Translations under genes and position numbers: made by a program
Source of the DNA: Pirellulales bacterium
GTDB lineage: Bacteria; Planctomycetota; Planctomycetia; Pirellulales; PALSA-1355
Reading direction: 5' to 3'
DNA: 64,000 nt
NCBI GenBank assembly: GCA_041741015.1
Contig: JBGSKX010000006.1
Span: 2,495 to 66,494, forward strand
Shown here: positions 54,896 through 64,000 of the stretch, in pieces
How the letters are laid out: each line of letters starts with the position of its first letter
How positions within the stretch are numbered: position 1 is the stretch's first letter
Notes under the pieces: generated by a model
The model's input: the letters and a program-made list of their open reading frames with translations, nothing else
Databases searched by the model: none
What the model was told of the DNA's origin: nothing

Positions 54896-54954
54896 CTCCA
54901 ACTTCGTCGGCAGCTTAATCGAACCCTGGGCGTAGACCGCTCGAGGGTTTCGCC

Positions 54955-57204
54955 CTATCTCCGCGGCTTGAGCATGACCATGCCCAAGGGTGGCAGGACG
55001 ATTGGCACCGAGTACGGGCGGCCGTCCCAGGGTAGTTCTTCGGCCATGATGCCGGGACCGTTCCCCAGGTTGCTGCCCCCGTAGAACGTCGAGTCGCTGT
55101 TAATGACTTCTTCGTACCAGCACTGCTCGGGCACGCCGATGCGGTGCATTGTCCGTGGCACAGGCGTGAAGTTGCAGACCGCGATAATGAAGTCCTGCGG
55201 ATTTTTGGCCCGCCGCAGATAAGCGAGCGTGCTCTGCTCCCAGTTGTGGCACTCGACCCACTCAAAGCCCTTACTGTCGAAATCGACTTCGTGCAGGGCC
55301 GGTTCGCGGCGATAGAGATGATTGAGGTCCGCGACGAAGCGTTTGAGTCCCTGGTGGGTGTCCCACTGCAGCAGGTCCCACTGCAAGTTCGTGTCGTAGT
55401 TCCACTCGTTCCACTGGCCGAACTCGCAGCCCATGAACATCAGCTTCTTGCCGGGATGCGAGAACATGTAGCCGTACAGCAGCCGCAGGTTGGCGAACTT
55501 CTGCCACAGGTCGCCCGGCATCTGATCGAGCAGCGAACCCTTGCCGTGCACGACTTCATCATGCGAGAAGGGGAGCATGAAGTTCTCGCTGAAGGCGTAT
55601 ATCAGGCTGAACGTCAACTCGTCGTGGTGAAACTTGCGGTGGACCGGCTCGTGTCGCATGTAGCGGAGCGTGTCGTTCATCCAGCCCATGTTCCACTTGA
55701 GGCTGAAGCCCATGCCGCCGAGATAGGTTGGCCGCGAGACGCCGGTCCAGGCGGTTGATTCCTCGGCGATCGTGAGCACGCCAGGATACTGGGCATGCGT
55801 CTGTTCGTTGAATTCCTTGAGAAAGCTGATCGCCTTGAGGTTTTCGCGTCCGCCGTATTCGTTGGGGATCCACTGGCCCGGTCCACGACTGTAGTCGAGG
55901 TAGATCATCGAGGCCACGGCATCCACGCGCAGCCCGTCAATGTGGTAGTGGTCGAGCCAGAACAGGGCATTTGAAACAAGGTAGTTGCGGACCTCGTTGC
56001 GGCCGTAATTGAAAATCACGGTGCCCCAGTCGGGGTGCTCGCCCTGGCGCGGGTCGGCGTGCTCGTAGAGATGCGTGCCGTCGAACATCCGCAGGCCGTG
56101 GGCATCGCGAGGGAAGTGGGCCGGCACCCAGTCAATCAGCACTCCGATGTTATTCCGGTGGCAGTAGTCGACGAAGTACATGAAGTCGTCGGGCGTCCCA
56201 TAGCGGCTGGTAACCGAGTAGTAGCCGACGGTCTGGTAGCCCCAGCTTCCAGTGAACGGATGCTCGCTGATCGGCATCAGTTCGAGGTGCGTGTAGCCCA
56301 TTTCCTGGCAGTAGGCCACGAGCCGGTGCGCCAGTTCGCGGTAGTTGAGCCAGCCGTTGGGGTTCTCGGTCGAGCGCTGCCAGCTACCAAGGTGCACTTC
56401 ATAGACCGACATCGGCGCGTCGAGCGCGTGATTGCGATGGCGACAGGCCATCCACGCGTTGTCGTTCCACGTGTATTGCGAGAGGTCAGTCACGATCGAC
56501 GCCGTACGCGGCGGCAATTCGGCGGCGAAGCCGTAAGGATCGGACTTCTCGAGCACCTGGTCGCGATGGCGAATGTGGTACTTGTAGATCGCCCCCGCTT
56601 CCAGGCCCGGCATGAACAGTTCCCAGATGCCGCTGGGAACGTGCTTGCGCATCGGATGGCGGCGCGAGTCCCATTCGTTGAAGTCGCCGACGACGCTGAC
56701 CCCGGTGGCATTGGGCGCCCAGACGGCGAAGTTTACGCCGCGCACGGAGTCGATCGTGCGGATCTGTGCGCCCAGCTTCTGGTAGCTGGCCCAATGCTTG
56801 CCTTCGCCGAGCAAGTACAAATCGAATTCAGAGAGCAGCGGCGGAAAGGCATACGGATCGTGCATGGTGCGTTCGGTTCCCCGCGTGTCGGCGGTCTTTA
56901 ACTGATAGCGATGCTGCGGTTGCTTGTTTTCCAGCGGGCAAATAGCTTCAAAGACCCCGGCCGGGTGGATCTGCCGCATGGGTTGGTTGCGACGATGTTC
57001 GGGATCGACCACCCAGGCCTGCGACGTGCCCGGTAGGTATGCGCGAACAGCCAATGCCCGGCGTCCCGCGGTCATGACCTCGTGCGGTCCGAGTAGCGCG
57101 AATGGATTCTCATCGTGGCCGTCCAACAGGGGGCCCAGCTTATCCAACTCCACCGTGGTGCGCGTCGTCATCGTCATCTTGTTCCTAGTGATTCTTGAGC
57201 ACAT
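54955..57204 (-). CDS. glgB: 1,4-alpha-glucan branching enzyme GlgB
   Basis: GH13 motifs are present: [27 protein letters not shown] and [10 protein letters not shown]. An N-terminal CBM48-like region is also present. Confidence 0.93.
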   Translation of the reverse strand: MCSRITRNKMTMTTRTTVELDKLGPLLDGHDENPFALLGPHEVMTAGRRALAVRAYLPGTSQAWVVDPEHRRNQPMRQIHPAGVFEAICPLENKQPQHRYQLKTADTRGTERTMHDPYAFPPLLSEFDLYLLGEGKHWASYQKLGAQIRTIDSVRGVNFAVWAPNATGVSVVGDFNEWDSRRHPMRKHVPSGIWELFMPGLEAGAIYKYHIRHRDQVLEKSDPYGFAAELPPRTASIVTDLSQYTWNDNAWMACRHRNHALDAPMSVYEVHLGSWQRSTENPNGWLNYRELAHRLVAYCQEMGYTHLELMPISEHPFTGSWGYQTVGYYSVTSRYGTPDDFMYFVDYCHRNNIGVLIDWVPAHFPRDAHGLRMFDGTHLYEHADPRQGEHPDWGTVIFNYGRNEVRNYLVSNALFWLDHYHIDGLRVDAVASMIYLDYSRGPGQWIPNEYGGRENLKAISFLKEFNEQTHAQYPGVLTIAEESTAWTGVSRPTYLGGMGFSLKWNMGWMNDTLRYMRHEPVHRKFHHDELTFSLIYAFSENFMLPFSHDEVVHGKGSLLDQMPGDLWQKFANLRLLYGYMFSHPGKKLMFMGCEFGQWNEWNYDTNLQWDLLQWDTHQGLKRFVADLNHLYRREPALHEVDFDSKGFEWVECHNWEQSTLAYLRRAKNPQDFIIAVCNFTPVPRTMHRIGVPEQCWYEEVINSDSTFYGGSNLGNGPGIMAEELPWDGRPYSVPIVLPPLGMVMLKPRR

Positions 57205-57277
57205 GAGGGGGTAAGTCTAGCCGCAAAATCCGCCGAGCTTACCCAGGATCAAGCCCAACCCCCGAACTTGACCCGAC

Positions 57278-57859
57278 TTATTGAAACCGAATGAGGGGCG
57301 AACTTCGCCCGCGCGACAGGCTAAGCCAGGCCCTCGCCACGGCGAGCTGGAATCGCAGCCAGTCCAACACCGCCGGCCAGAGCCCGGTAGCTGTTCGGGC
57401 TCGCTGCCGCTGATTATCAACCGTCGCCAGGTGTGGCGTGACCGCCGCGGCCGCAGCCGTATGCGGTGGATCAAAACGCCAGACCCGGCATTCCAGCTCG
57501 TGAAACTGCAGCGCCCGATCGACGCGCTGCCACAGGTCGCGATTCTTGACCGGGACCATTTCGCCGTAGTGCTCCCACTCCCAGTTGTTCTCGCGCCAGT
57601 CTTCCAGGCCGAAGGCCAGGCCGCGATTCACATATTTGCTGGGAGTGACAAGCGTCACTCGCGAGGGCTGTTCCAGGGCTTCAAGCCCCCGAACTACGGC
57701 TAGCAGCTCGAGGCGGTCGCCGCCTACGTCAGGCTCCGTATCGGTCGCTTCGAGCTGCTTTGCGCCATCATCGGATTGCAAGACGAACCGCCATTGCCCT
57801 TGCTCATCCTGCCGGCAGGATTCGGAGAACAGCAAGTAATGCGGGGTGGCTACTTTCAT
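57278..57859 (-). CDS. RNase HI-like protein with a degenerate catalytic site
   Basis: From the ATG at 57859: RLELLAVVRGLEAL and PVKNRDLWQRVDRAL align with E. coli RNase HI NRMELMAAIVALEAL and PVKNVDLWQRLDAAL. The D10 context reads LFSESC and the D70 context reads LVTPSKYV. The C-terminal GH..NE..D..LA block is absent. Confidence 0.65.
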   Translation of the reverse strand: MKVATPHYLLFSESCRQDEQGQWRFVLQSDDGAKQLEATDTEPDVGGDRLELLAVVRGLEALEQPSRVTLVTPSKYVNRGLAFGLEDWRENNWEWEHYGEMVPVKNRDLWQRVDRALQFHELECRVWRFDPPHTAAAAAVTPHLATVDNQRQRARTATGLWPAVLDWLRFQLAVARAWLSLSRGRSSPLIRFQ

Positions 57860-58149
57860 CGGGGAGGTCTTCAGGATGGTCGATTCGAGTGCCAGGTGTG
57901 CTCGCACGGCGTCTTTCGCTTGCCGAAGACAAAGGATGCGCGAACACCCTTTGCCAGGGCCCGATGCGACTTCGCCTAGGGCGGTCAGCCCGAGCCACGT
58001 GGTTTAAGATATCGTCAGCCGCCGCGCAGACTCTCTACCTTCGCCAAACGGAAGAGTGGAATTCCTCACCAGCCGGGCGCTTCTATAGCGAAGATGCGGA
58101 TTGCAGCCGCGATGGGCCAGGGCGCTGCAGTGCGCGCGAGCACTCGCGC

Positions 58150-58204
58150 AAAAAAGAGCGGCGCGGACGTCAACCTGATCCATCAGGTCTGCGCCCGCGC
58201 CGCC
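58150..58204 (-). terminator. Rho-independent terminator candidate (minus strand)
   Basis: The minus strand reads GCGGCGCGGGCGCAGACCUGAUGGAUCAGGU...CCGCGCCGC followed by UCUUUUUUG, about 60 nt after the stop at 58266. Confidence 0.55.
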
Positions 58205-58265
58205 GGAGGTTGCGGTTCCGACTTGTTCGTGCGCGTCGACTAGGCGACGCGTTTCACTGCGTCTT

Positions 58266-59009
58266 CTAGGCGACTAGCTTCACCGTGGCGACTTCGCCCG
58301 TGATTCCGCACAGGAATTCTTCGAAGATCCGCTGATCGAGGGCCGAGGCAGAATCGCTTTCCGGGTGGAATTGTGTGCCGAAGGCCAACCACTCGGTGGT
58401 GCTTTCGATGGCTTCGATGACGCCATCGGGACAGCGGGCGGAAACCATGAAGCCGGGGGCGACGTCGTCGATAGCCATGTGGTGCAGGCTGTTGACCCGG
58501 ATTTCGCCGTCGCCATAGACCCGCTCCATGAGCGTGCCGGGCACGACTTCCAGACCGTGGCGATGGGCCGGATCGATCAGGTCCTTGTGCGGCAGGGCCT
58601 TGGGCAGATCTTCCGGAATATGCAGAAAGAGCGTGCCGCCGAGCGTAACGTTGATCAGTTGCATGCCCGTGCCGACGCCGAAGACGGGCATCCGCCGCTT
58701 GGCAATGTTCGCCATTAGCCGGCGATCGAACTCTTCGCGGCGAGCGTCGATCGGACGCACCGAGGGATGCAGCATGTAGCCGTCGCGACGTGGATCGAGA
58801 TCACCGCCGCCCACGAGTACCACGCCGTCCAGCATGTCCAGAAGGCGGTTCAAGTCGGCGTCTTCTCGGGTCGGGGGCAGAATAACCGGCACCCCGCCGG
58901 CCTCGAGAATGGAATCGTAGTATCCGGCACAAACATAGGTGAAGGCGGGGGCATCCTTCTTGGCGGCGCGAAAGTCGGCATTCAGACCAATTAGCGGCTT
59001 CGATCGCAT
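58266..59009 (-). CDS. Class I glutamine amidotransferase-like / peptidase C26 (PuuD-like) protein lacking the nucleophile Cys
   Basis: From the ATG at 59009, with AGGAG 9 nt upstream: MRSKPLIGLNADF ... VLVGGGDLDP ... FGTQFHPE. The nucleophile elbow reads PVFGVGTGMQ instead of the remembered P.F.ICRG.Q. Confidence 0.75.
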   Translation of the reverse strand: MRSKPLIGLNADFRAAKKDAPAFTYVCAGYYDSILEAGGVPVILPPTREDADLNRLLDMLDGVVLVGGGDLDPRRDGYMLHPSVRPIDARREEFDRRLMANIAKRRMPVFGVGTGMQLINVTLGGTLFLHIPEDLPKALPHKDLIDPAHRHGLEVVPGTLMERVYGDGEIRVNSLHHMAIDDVAPGFMVSARCPDGVIEAIESTTEWLAFGTQFHPESDSASALDQRIFEEFLCGITGEVATVKLVA

Positions 59010-59503
59010 GTGATTGCACTCCTGCGACATTTCCTTTGTCGCGATGAAAGAACAGGGCGGAACAGAACGCCACGAGGCCGCGGTCCCGTGCGGGAAAGAA
59101 TGCTGAGGCGATAGCCCTCGCGTCGGGCAGCTGTCGCGCCACGCTCGCTGGTCGGCTACACATGAAGCCGAAGCGAGTCCCCCAGTTCGGGCGAGCGCAT
59201 CAAAAGAGGACGAATCTCGCATCGTCCCTGATGCGGACACCACTGCCGGGGGAAAGCTGCTGCCTTGAAGGGCCCTTCCTGGGCGCCCATCGCCGGAGCA
59301 ATTTTTCCCAATGGGTGTTGTTGTGCGGCCTCGAAACTCCTCTACGGCATTGCCGTGTTGTCCCGCGATGGGGAATGCAAGTGGAGTCGGAATGTAAGCC
59401 GCAGCGCGAGATTTACAAGCGCCTTCGCTTATTTTGGACCGACCGAAAAACGCTAGCACAACATCCTGTTAACAAACAGTTTAGAGCGCGGTAGCATGAC
59501 AGC

Positions 59504-60580
59504 ATGAAGTACACGAAAGTCGCGCTAGAGGGCCTCGCCTACACGCTGCCCGAGGAAATCGTCAGCTCTACGGACCTCGAAGCCCGACTGGAGCCGCTCT
59601 ACCGCCGGCTGCGGCTGCCCGAGGGACGCCTGGAACTCATGACCGGAATTCGCGAACGGCGCTTCTGGCCTGTCGGCACGCTGCCGGGGGACCACAGCAT
59701 CGTCAGCGTGCGCAAGCTGCTGGAAAATGCGCAGCTCGATCCGCGCGAGGTTGGGATGCTGGTGCACGCCTCGGTCTGTCGCGACTATATCGAGCCGGCC
59801 ACCGCCTGCCGGGTACATCACGATGCGGGTCTGCCGGCCGAGTGCCTGGTGTACGACATTTCGAACGCCTGCCTGGGCATCCTGAATGGCATGATCCAGG
59901 TGGCGAACGCGATTGAGCTGGGCCAGGTTCGGGCCGGCATCGTCGTGGGCACGGAAGACGCCCGGCCAATCGTCGAAAACACGATTCGGCTGCTTAACAC
60001 CGACAATTCGCTCACGCGCGACCAGATGAAATTGGCCGTCGCCACTCTGACGCTCGGCTCGGGGAGCGTGGCGGTGCTGCTCACACATCGTGAGTTAGGC
60101 CGTAAGGAGAGCCGGATTCTGGCCGCCCACGGCCGGGCTCACACGGTGGGGAACGCTCTCTGCCGCGGGACGTATCAGCCGGTGCCAGGTGCTGATGGTT
60201 CGATCACGAGCGTCGCGCCGGTCATGCAGACGGACAGCGAGCTGCTGCTGGTCGAAGGCATCGCCGCAGCTGGGCCGACGTTCCAGGGCTTTCTGGGGGA
60301 GGCGGCGTGGTCGCGGGCGGACATCTCTCGCACGATCTGCCACCAAGTGGGGAGCGCTCACCGAAAATTGATGCTGAGCACGTTGGAACTCGATCCGACG
60401 CGGGACTTCACAACCTACGAAACACTCGGAAACACGGGCTCCGTGGCGCTGCCCATTACGCTGGCAAAGGCGGCCGAAGCCGGGGTGCTGCGGGCCGGCG
60501 ATCGCGCGGCCTTGATGGGCATTGGCTCGGGAGTGAATGTGCTGATGATGGCCGTCGAGTGGCAGTGCAGGGCGTCCTAA
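59504..60580 (+). CDS. Thiolase-fold condensing enzyme, FabH-like; closest to my memory of the OleA type
   Basis: SVCRDYIEPATA, DISNACLGILNGM, ATLTLGSGS, LCRG, TDSELLLVEGI, CHQVG, LGNTGSVALPITL and GDRAALMGIGSGVN align block by block with my recollection of Xanthomonas OleA. Confidence 0.8.
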   Translation: MKYTKVALEGLAYTLPEEIVSSTDLEARLEPLYRRLRLPEGRLELMTGIRERRFWPVGTLPGDHSIVSVRKLLENAQLDPREVGMLVHASVCRDYIEPATACRVHHDAGLPAECLVYDISNACLGILNGMIQVANAIELGQVRAGIVVGTEDARPIVENTIRLLNTDNSLTRDQMKLAVATLTLGSGSVAVLLTHRELGRKESRILAAHGRAHTVGNALCRGTYQPVPGADGSITSVAPVMQTDSELLLVEGIAAAGPTFQGFLGEAAWSRADISRTICHQVGSAHRKLMLSTLELDPTRDFTTYETLGNTGSVALPITLAKAAEAGVLRAGDRAALMGIGSGVNVLMMAVEWQCRAS

Positions 60581-60999
60581 CCGTCCTGCTCGTCGTCCGC
60601 CTCGTCCAGCCTCTCGGGCCCTTCGGCAATGGCATAGGCCGTGGCATGGCTGCGGCAATGCGAGATGCTGATGTGCATCGTGTCGATGCCGCGGGCCTCG
60701 AGCACGTCGCGCGCTCCTCCTCGGAGTACGACCGAGGGGCGTCCGCCGGGATCATTGCGGACTTCGATGTCGCGCCAGCTGATGCCTTTGCGCCAACCGG
60801 TGCCGAGCGCCTTGAGCACGGCTTCCTTGGCGGCCCAGCGACCGGCGAAGTGTTGTGTGGCCTGTTTGCGGGTCTGGCAGTATTGAATCTCGTGCGGTGT
60901 GTAGACCCGGGTAATGAACAGCTCGCCGTGGCGCTCGATCATCTGCGCAATGCGGAGGCACTCGATGATGTCGGTGCCGATGCCGAGGATCTGACTCAT
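60577..60999 (-). CDS. acpS: Holo-ACP synthase (4'-phosphopantetheinyl transferase AcpS)
   Basis: From the ATG at 60999: ILGIGTDIIEC, FAGRWAAKEAVLKALG and ISISHC. The track start at 61482 is an over-extension across the upstream gene. Confidence 0.88.
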   Translation of the reverse strand: MSQILGIGTDIIECLRIAQMIERHGELFITRVYTPHEIQYCQTRKQATQHFAGRWAAKEAVLKALGTGWRKGISWRDIEVRNDPGGRPSVVLRGGARDVLEARGIDTMHISISHCRSHATAYAIAEGPERLDEADDEQDG

Positions 61000-61508
61000 A
61001 CGCTCTCGTTGCCCTGCTGTTCGGTGTGCTTTTGCTCGCGTTGTACTCTTGGCACCGCGCCAACTACGACCAAGCCGCATGCGGTCGCGACAATCAGGAG
61101 CACGTCGAGCGGCCACCACACGGGCTGGCTGCGAACACGCGCTGCCAGGTGTTCGCCAAAGGTCGGCCGCACATCCGTTTGGTTCGCCATGGCCGCAGCC
61201 AGCGGATGGCTGGCTGCAATCTGTTCGTCCAGCGCCGCGAGTCGCGTCTGATGTCCAATGTAGTCCTGGGCCACTACGAGCAACAGACCCCAGGCGCCCG
61301 TGCAGCCGATGAGCAGGGCCAGGCTCGACACAAGCGCCACCCGATTGAGCACTACCAGCAGGCCGCCGAAGATCAGGCCCACCGCGAGCGGAAACAACAC
61401 GGCCGGAGCGAACTGCTGCTGTTGGATCTGAAAGGCAATCCAGGACAGGGCGAGCGCCGCAAGCGTGCCGCCCCCGAACCACACAAGATAGCGCTCCAGC
61501 GGGTTCAT
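60996..61508 (-). CDS. Hypothetical membrane protein (about 4 TM)
   Basis: 170 aa with hydrophobic spans. Its stop overlaps the acpS start by 4 nt, and it lies 15 nt downstream of trpS. Confidence 0.55.
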   Translation of the reverse strand: MNPLERYLVWFGGGTLAALALSWIAFQIQQQQFAPAVLFPLAVGLIFGGLLVVLNRVALVSSLALLIGCTGAWGLLLVVAQDYIGHQTRLAALDEQIAASHPLAAAMANQTDVRPTFGEHLAARVRSQPVWWPLDVLLIVATACGLVVVGAVPRVQREQKHTEQQGNESV

Positions 61509-61523
61509 TCGTGCCTGGCCTAC

Positions 61524-62486
61524 TCAGGTTAATCCGCAGGCCTGTTTCGCGCGAGCCAGCACCTGGCCTGCCTTCTTCCTGGCTCGAGACGCTCCGTCGG
61601 CCAGAATCTCGCGCACTTTGTCGGGCTGTGAGGCCAACTCCGCGCGGCGCTCCCGCGCCGGTCGGAAATAGCGCTCCGCCGCATCGGCCAGGGCCTTCTT
61701 CACTTCGCCATAACCGAAACCGCCGCGCTGGTAGAGCGCCGCCATGCTTGCGATCTCGTCCGATGTGGCGACCAGCGAGTAAAGCTGGAAGAGGTGATCG
61801 CCGGTCGGCTCCTTGGGCTCTTCCATCGGGCGCGAATCGGTCGTGATCCGCATGATCTTCTTCCGCTGTGCTTTGGGGTCTTCGAAGATTTCGAGCGTAT
61901 TGTTGTAGCTTTTGGACATCTTTTCGCCGTCGGTGCCGGGCACCTTGGCCGAGCTGTCGAGAATCTTCGCCTTGGGAAGCGTGAAGGTCTGGCCGAAATG
62001 ATGGTTGAAGCTTTGCGCCAAGTCGCGCGCGACTTCAATGTGCTGGATCTGATCGTCTCCCACGGGTACGATGTCGGCGTCGTAGGCCAGGATGTCGGCG
62101 GCCATCAGCACGGGATACGTGAAGAGGCCCGCGTCGGCGTTGAGCCCCTTTGCTTTCTTATCTTTGTAGGCGTGACAGCGCTCGAGCAGCCCCATCGGCG
62201 TGCCGGTGAGCAGCAGCCAGCAGAGCTCCGAGACTTCCGGAACATCCGACTGGACGAACAGCGTCGCGCGATTCGGATCGAGACCCAGGGCGACCAGGTC
62301 GATTGCAGCGTCGAGCGTGTAGCCTGCCAGCAGTTTGGGATCGCGCACAGTCGTGAGCGCGTGCAGGTTGGCGACGAAGTAGTACGACTCGTCTTCGTCT
62401 TGCAGGTAGATGTACTGGCGAATCGCGCCGAAGTAGTTACCCCAGTGCGGGCGGCCGGTGGGCTGAATGCCGGAAAGTACGCGCAT
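61524..62486 (-). CDS. trpS: Tryptophan--tRNA ligase
   Basis: [18 protein letters not shown] (HIGH-type motif) and KMSKS; the length is 320 aa. Confidence 0.93.
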   Translation of the reverse strand: MRVLSGIQPTGRPHWGNYFGAIRQYIYLQDEDESYYFVANLHALTTVRDPKLLAGYTLDAAIDLVALGLDPNRATLFVQSDVPEVSELCWLLLTGTPMGLLERCHAYKDKKAKGLNADAGLFTYPVLMAADILAYDADIVPVGDDQIQHIEVARDLAQSFNHHFGQTFTLPKAKILDSSAKVPGTDGEKMSKSYNNTLEIFEDPKAQRKKIMRITTDSRPMEEPKEPTGDHLFQLYSLVATSDEIASMAALYQRGGFGYGEVKKALADAAERYFRPARERRAELASQPDKVREILADGASRARKKAGQVLARAKQACGLT

Positions 62487-62498
62487 GAATGCAATCGG

Positions 62499-63482
62499 TT
62501 AGAGAGTCTTGGAAGTGGTCTCAGGAGGCGGCGACAGCGGCACCACGGGGCTCGCCGGCCAGGGACGCTTAAGCGTCCCGACGATATCGATAATTCGCTC
62601 AGCTCCAAGTTCGGCCACTGCCGTGGGCAGAGCGTCCAAGATCGTCATCGTGGCGGTCGGGTTATAAAAGTTCGCGGTGCCGATCTGCACGGCGCTCGCG
62701 CCGGCCACGAGAAACTCCATGACGTCGTCGATCGTGGCGATTCCGCCGATTCCAACCACGGGAATCGAGACCGCTTGCGCTACCTGGTAAACACAGCGCA
62801 GGGCAATTGGCTTGATCGCCGGGCCGCTAAGTCCGCCCACGCCATTACCCAGGATGGGTTTTCGCTTGCGCCAGTTAACGGCCATGCCCAGACAGGTGTT
62901 CACGGCCGAGATCGCGTCCGCGCCGCCATCGGCCGCGGCTCTGGCGACGCTGGCAATGTCGGCCACGTTTGGCGTCAGCTTGGCCAGGATCGGCAGGCTG
63001 GTCGCGCGGCGAGCACCTTCGACAACCTTGCGGCACATCGCCGGATCGACGCCGAAATCCACGCCGCCAGAGACGTTGGGGCAAGATACGTTGAGCTCGA
63101 TCGCCGCGACGCCGGGAAGTCCGTCGAGCCGCGCAGCCATTTCGGTGAATTCGTTCAGGTCATGACCCGCAATGCTGACGATTGTGGGCGCGGGCAAACT
63201 ACCGAGATAAGGGAGGTGATGGGCGATAAACGCCTCGATGCCGTCGTTGTCGAGACCGATCGAGTTGAGCATCCCGCCGGTCGTCTCAACCGTCCGCCAG
63301 GGAGCGTTGCCGCCACGCGGTTGCGGCGTGATCGTCTTCGGTACGATGCCGCCCAGGCGGCCCAGATCGACAAGTCCCGCCATCTCGCGGGCGTAGCCAA
63401 ACGTGCCCGAGGCGACCAGAATCGGGTTCGCCAGCCGCAAGCGGCCGAGAGGTACCGAGAGGTCGACGGAAACTGCAGTCAC
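62499..63482 (-). CDS. pyrD: Dihydroorotate dehydrogenase, class 1 catalytic subunit
   Basis: [28 protein letters not shown] (Cys base, class 1), KLTPN and VVGIGGI. The start is probably GTG at 63482 ([10 protein letters not shown]...). The track ORF runs to 63713 with a non-homologous-looking extension. Confidence 0.85.
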   Translation of the reverse strand: MTAVSVDLSVPLGRLRLANPILVASGTFGYAREMAGLVDLGRLGGIVPKTITPQPRGGNAPWRTVETTGGMLNSIGLDNDGIEAFIAHHLPYLGSLPAPTIVSIAGHDLNEFTEMAARLDGLPGVAAIELNVSCPNVSGGVDFGVDPAMCRKVVEGARRATSLPILAKLTPNVADIASVARAAADGGADAISAVNTCLGMAVNWRKRKPILGNGVGGLSGPAIKPIALRCVYQVAQAVSIPVVGIGGIATIDDVMEFLVAGASAVQIGTANFYNPTATMTILDALPTAVAELGAERIIDIVGTLKRPWPASPVVPLSPPPETTSKTL

Positions 63483-63696
63483 GGATGGAATCTCGAGAAT
63501 CTGGCTGGTGGGAGCGTAGTAGACACCACTGGCTAATGTACCGGTGCGCTCGGAGGGCGGCAACGCGGGACGGGGCGCGCGTTCGTGGGCGGCGCGGAAA
63601 CTCAACGCGTCAACGCAACAAGGCGAGCCGCTCGCACTTGCGCGGAGCGGCTCGCCCAGAGAATATTCCATTCGCAGTGTGGCAGACGACGCGTGG

Positions 63697-63915
63697 CTAG
63701 ATGATGCCACCATGCGTGCGATAGGGCGACAAATGGCTCGGCTGGTCGAGGAACCAGATTCGCTGCCATTCCTCGAGGAATAACCGCAGGTTCTCGGACG
63801 TGAAGATCAGCTCTTGCGTCCGTGTCGCGGGGTCACCCGAATAGATCGGGATGATGCAACCCGTGGTGGCACCGAGCGGTAGACACAAGATCGCAGCCAT
63901 GAGCAGCCTGCGCAT
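63697..63915 (-). CDS. Small putative lipoprotein
   Basis: From the ATG at 63915: [20 protein letters not shown] is a signal peptide with a lipobox-like LGATTGC, followed by about 50 more residues. Confidence 0.4.
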   Translation of the reverse strand: MRRLLMAAILCLPLGATTGCIIPIYSGDPATRTQELIFTSENLRLFLEEWQRIWFLDQPSHLSPYRTHGGII

Positions 63916-64000
63916 CACACGACTCCTTCGTGAACGGCAGCACCCGCCGGAAAGACACTTCCGGGTCAGTGCAGAACGCATCCTTGGTTGCCTTCCGCTC

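Noticed and set aside
61794-63536. 580 aa plus-strand ORF antisense to trpS and pyrD
   Set aside because: It crosses the boundary of two clearly identified minus-strand genes and has no motifs. Shadow ORF.
1-64000. Searched by eye for CRISPR arrays, tRNA T-loop motifs (GGTTCGAATCC-like), rRNA, tmRNA and RNase P cores, transposase, integrase or phage genes, and known defence-system genes
   Set aside because: None was found. The only ncRNA I can support is the SRP RNA. The repeated sequence present is intragenic low-complexity coding repeats, not spacer-repeat arrays.

Overview
This is a dense, visibly GC-rich chromosomal segment with about 60 protein genes. I found no rRNA, tRNA, CRISPR array, transposase or integrase. 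The gene content includes PEP-CTERM proteins, an H4MPT-linked mch gene, futalosine-pathway mqn genes, sigma-54, Tat-signal phosphoesterases and long structured intergenic regions. This points to a Planctomycetota (Pirellulales-like) genome, which is an inference only.

Main blocks, left to right:
- natAB-like ABC exporter
- two tandem PEP-CTERM paralogs
- glutamate decarboxylase
- mqnE/mqnA
- a sugar/polyol-type cluster (HPS-like, Zn-ADH, SDR, two TIM-barrel isomerases, FAH-family dehydratase)
- moaC and a polyprenyl synthase
- nrdR and rpoN
- the conserved SRP-RNA/dnaX/ybaB/recR unit
- a bizarre Ser/Gly/Arg-to-Trp/Asn-rich secreted protein
- DtxR, then mch and an ATP-grasp gene
- a 9-gene orphan lipid cluster: OleC/OleD-like pair, dedicated KS/ACP/DH/ER and two CrtI-family flavoenzymes
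- a KaiA-less kaiC-kaiB-histidine kinase module
- topA
- a YtrA-type GntR/ABC operon
- a PpiD-like chaperone, glgB, an OleA-type thiolase, acpS, trpS and pyrD

Most interesting items:
- the orphan lipid cluster and the dispersed ole-like genes
- the KaiBC module, whose KaiC has a long C-terminal coiled-coil-like extension
- an A10 slippery run in dnaX with an immediate -1 frame stop
- an SRP RNA that is absent from the ORF track
- an NrdR with a duplicated zinc ribbon
- two apparent pseudoenzymes

All functional calls come from reading the supplied translations, my own translation of the sequence, and remembered family motifs. No database search was run.
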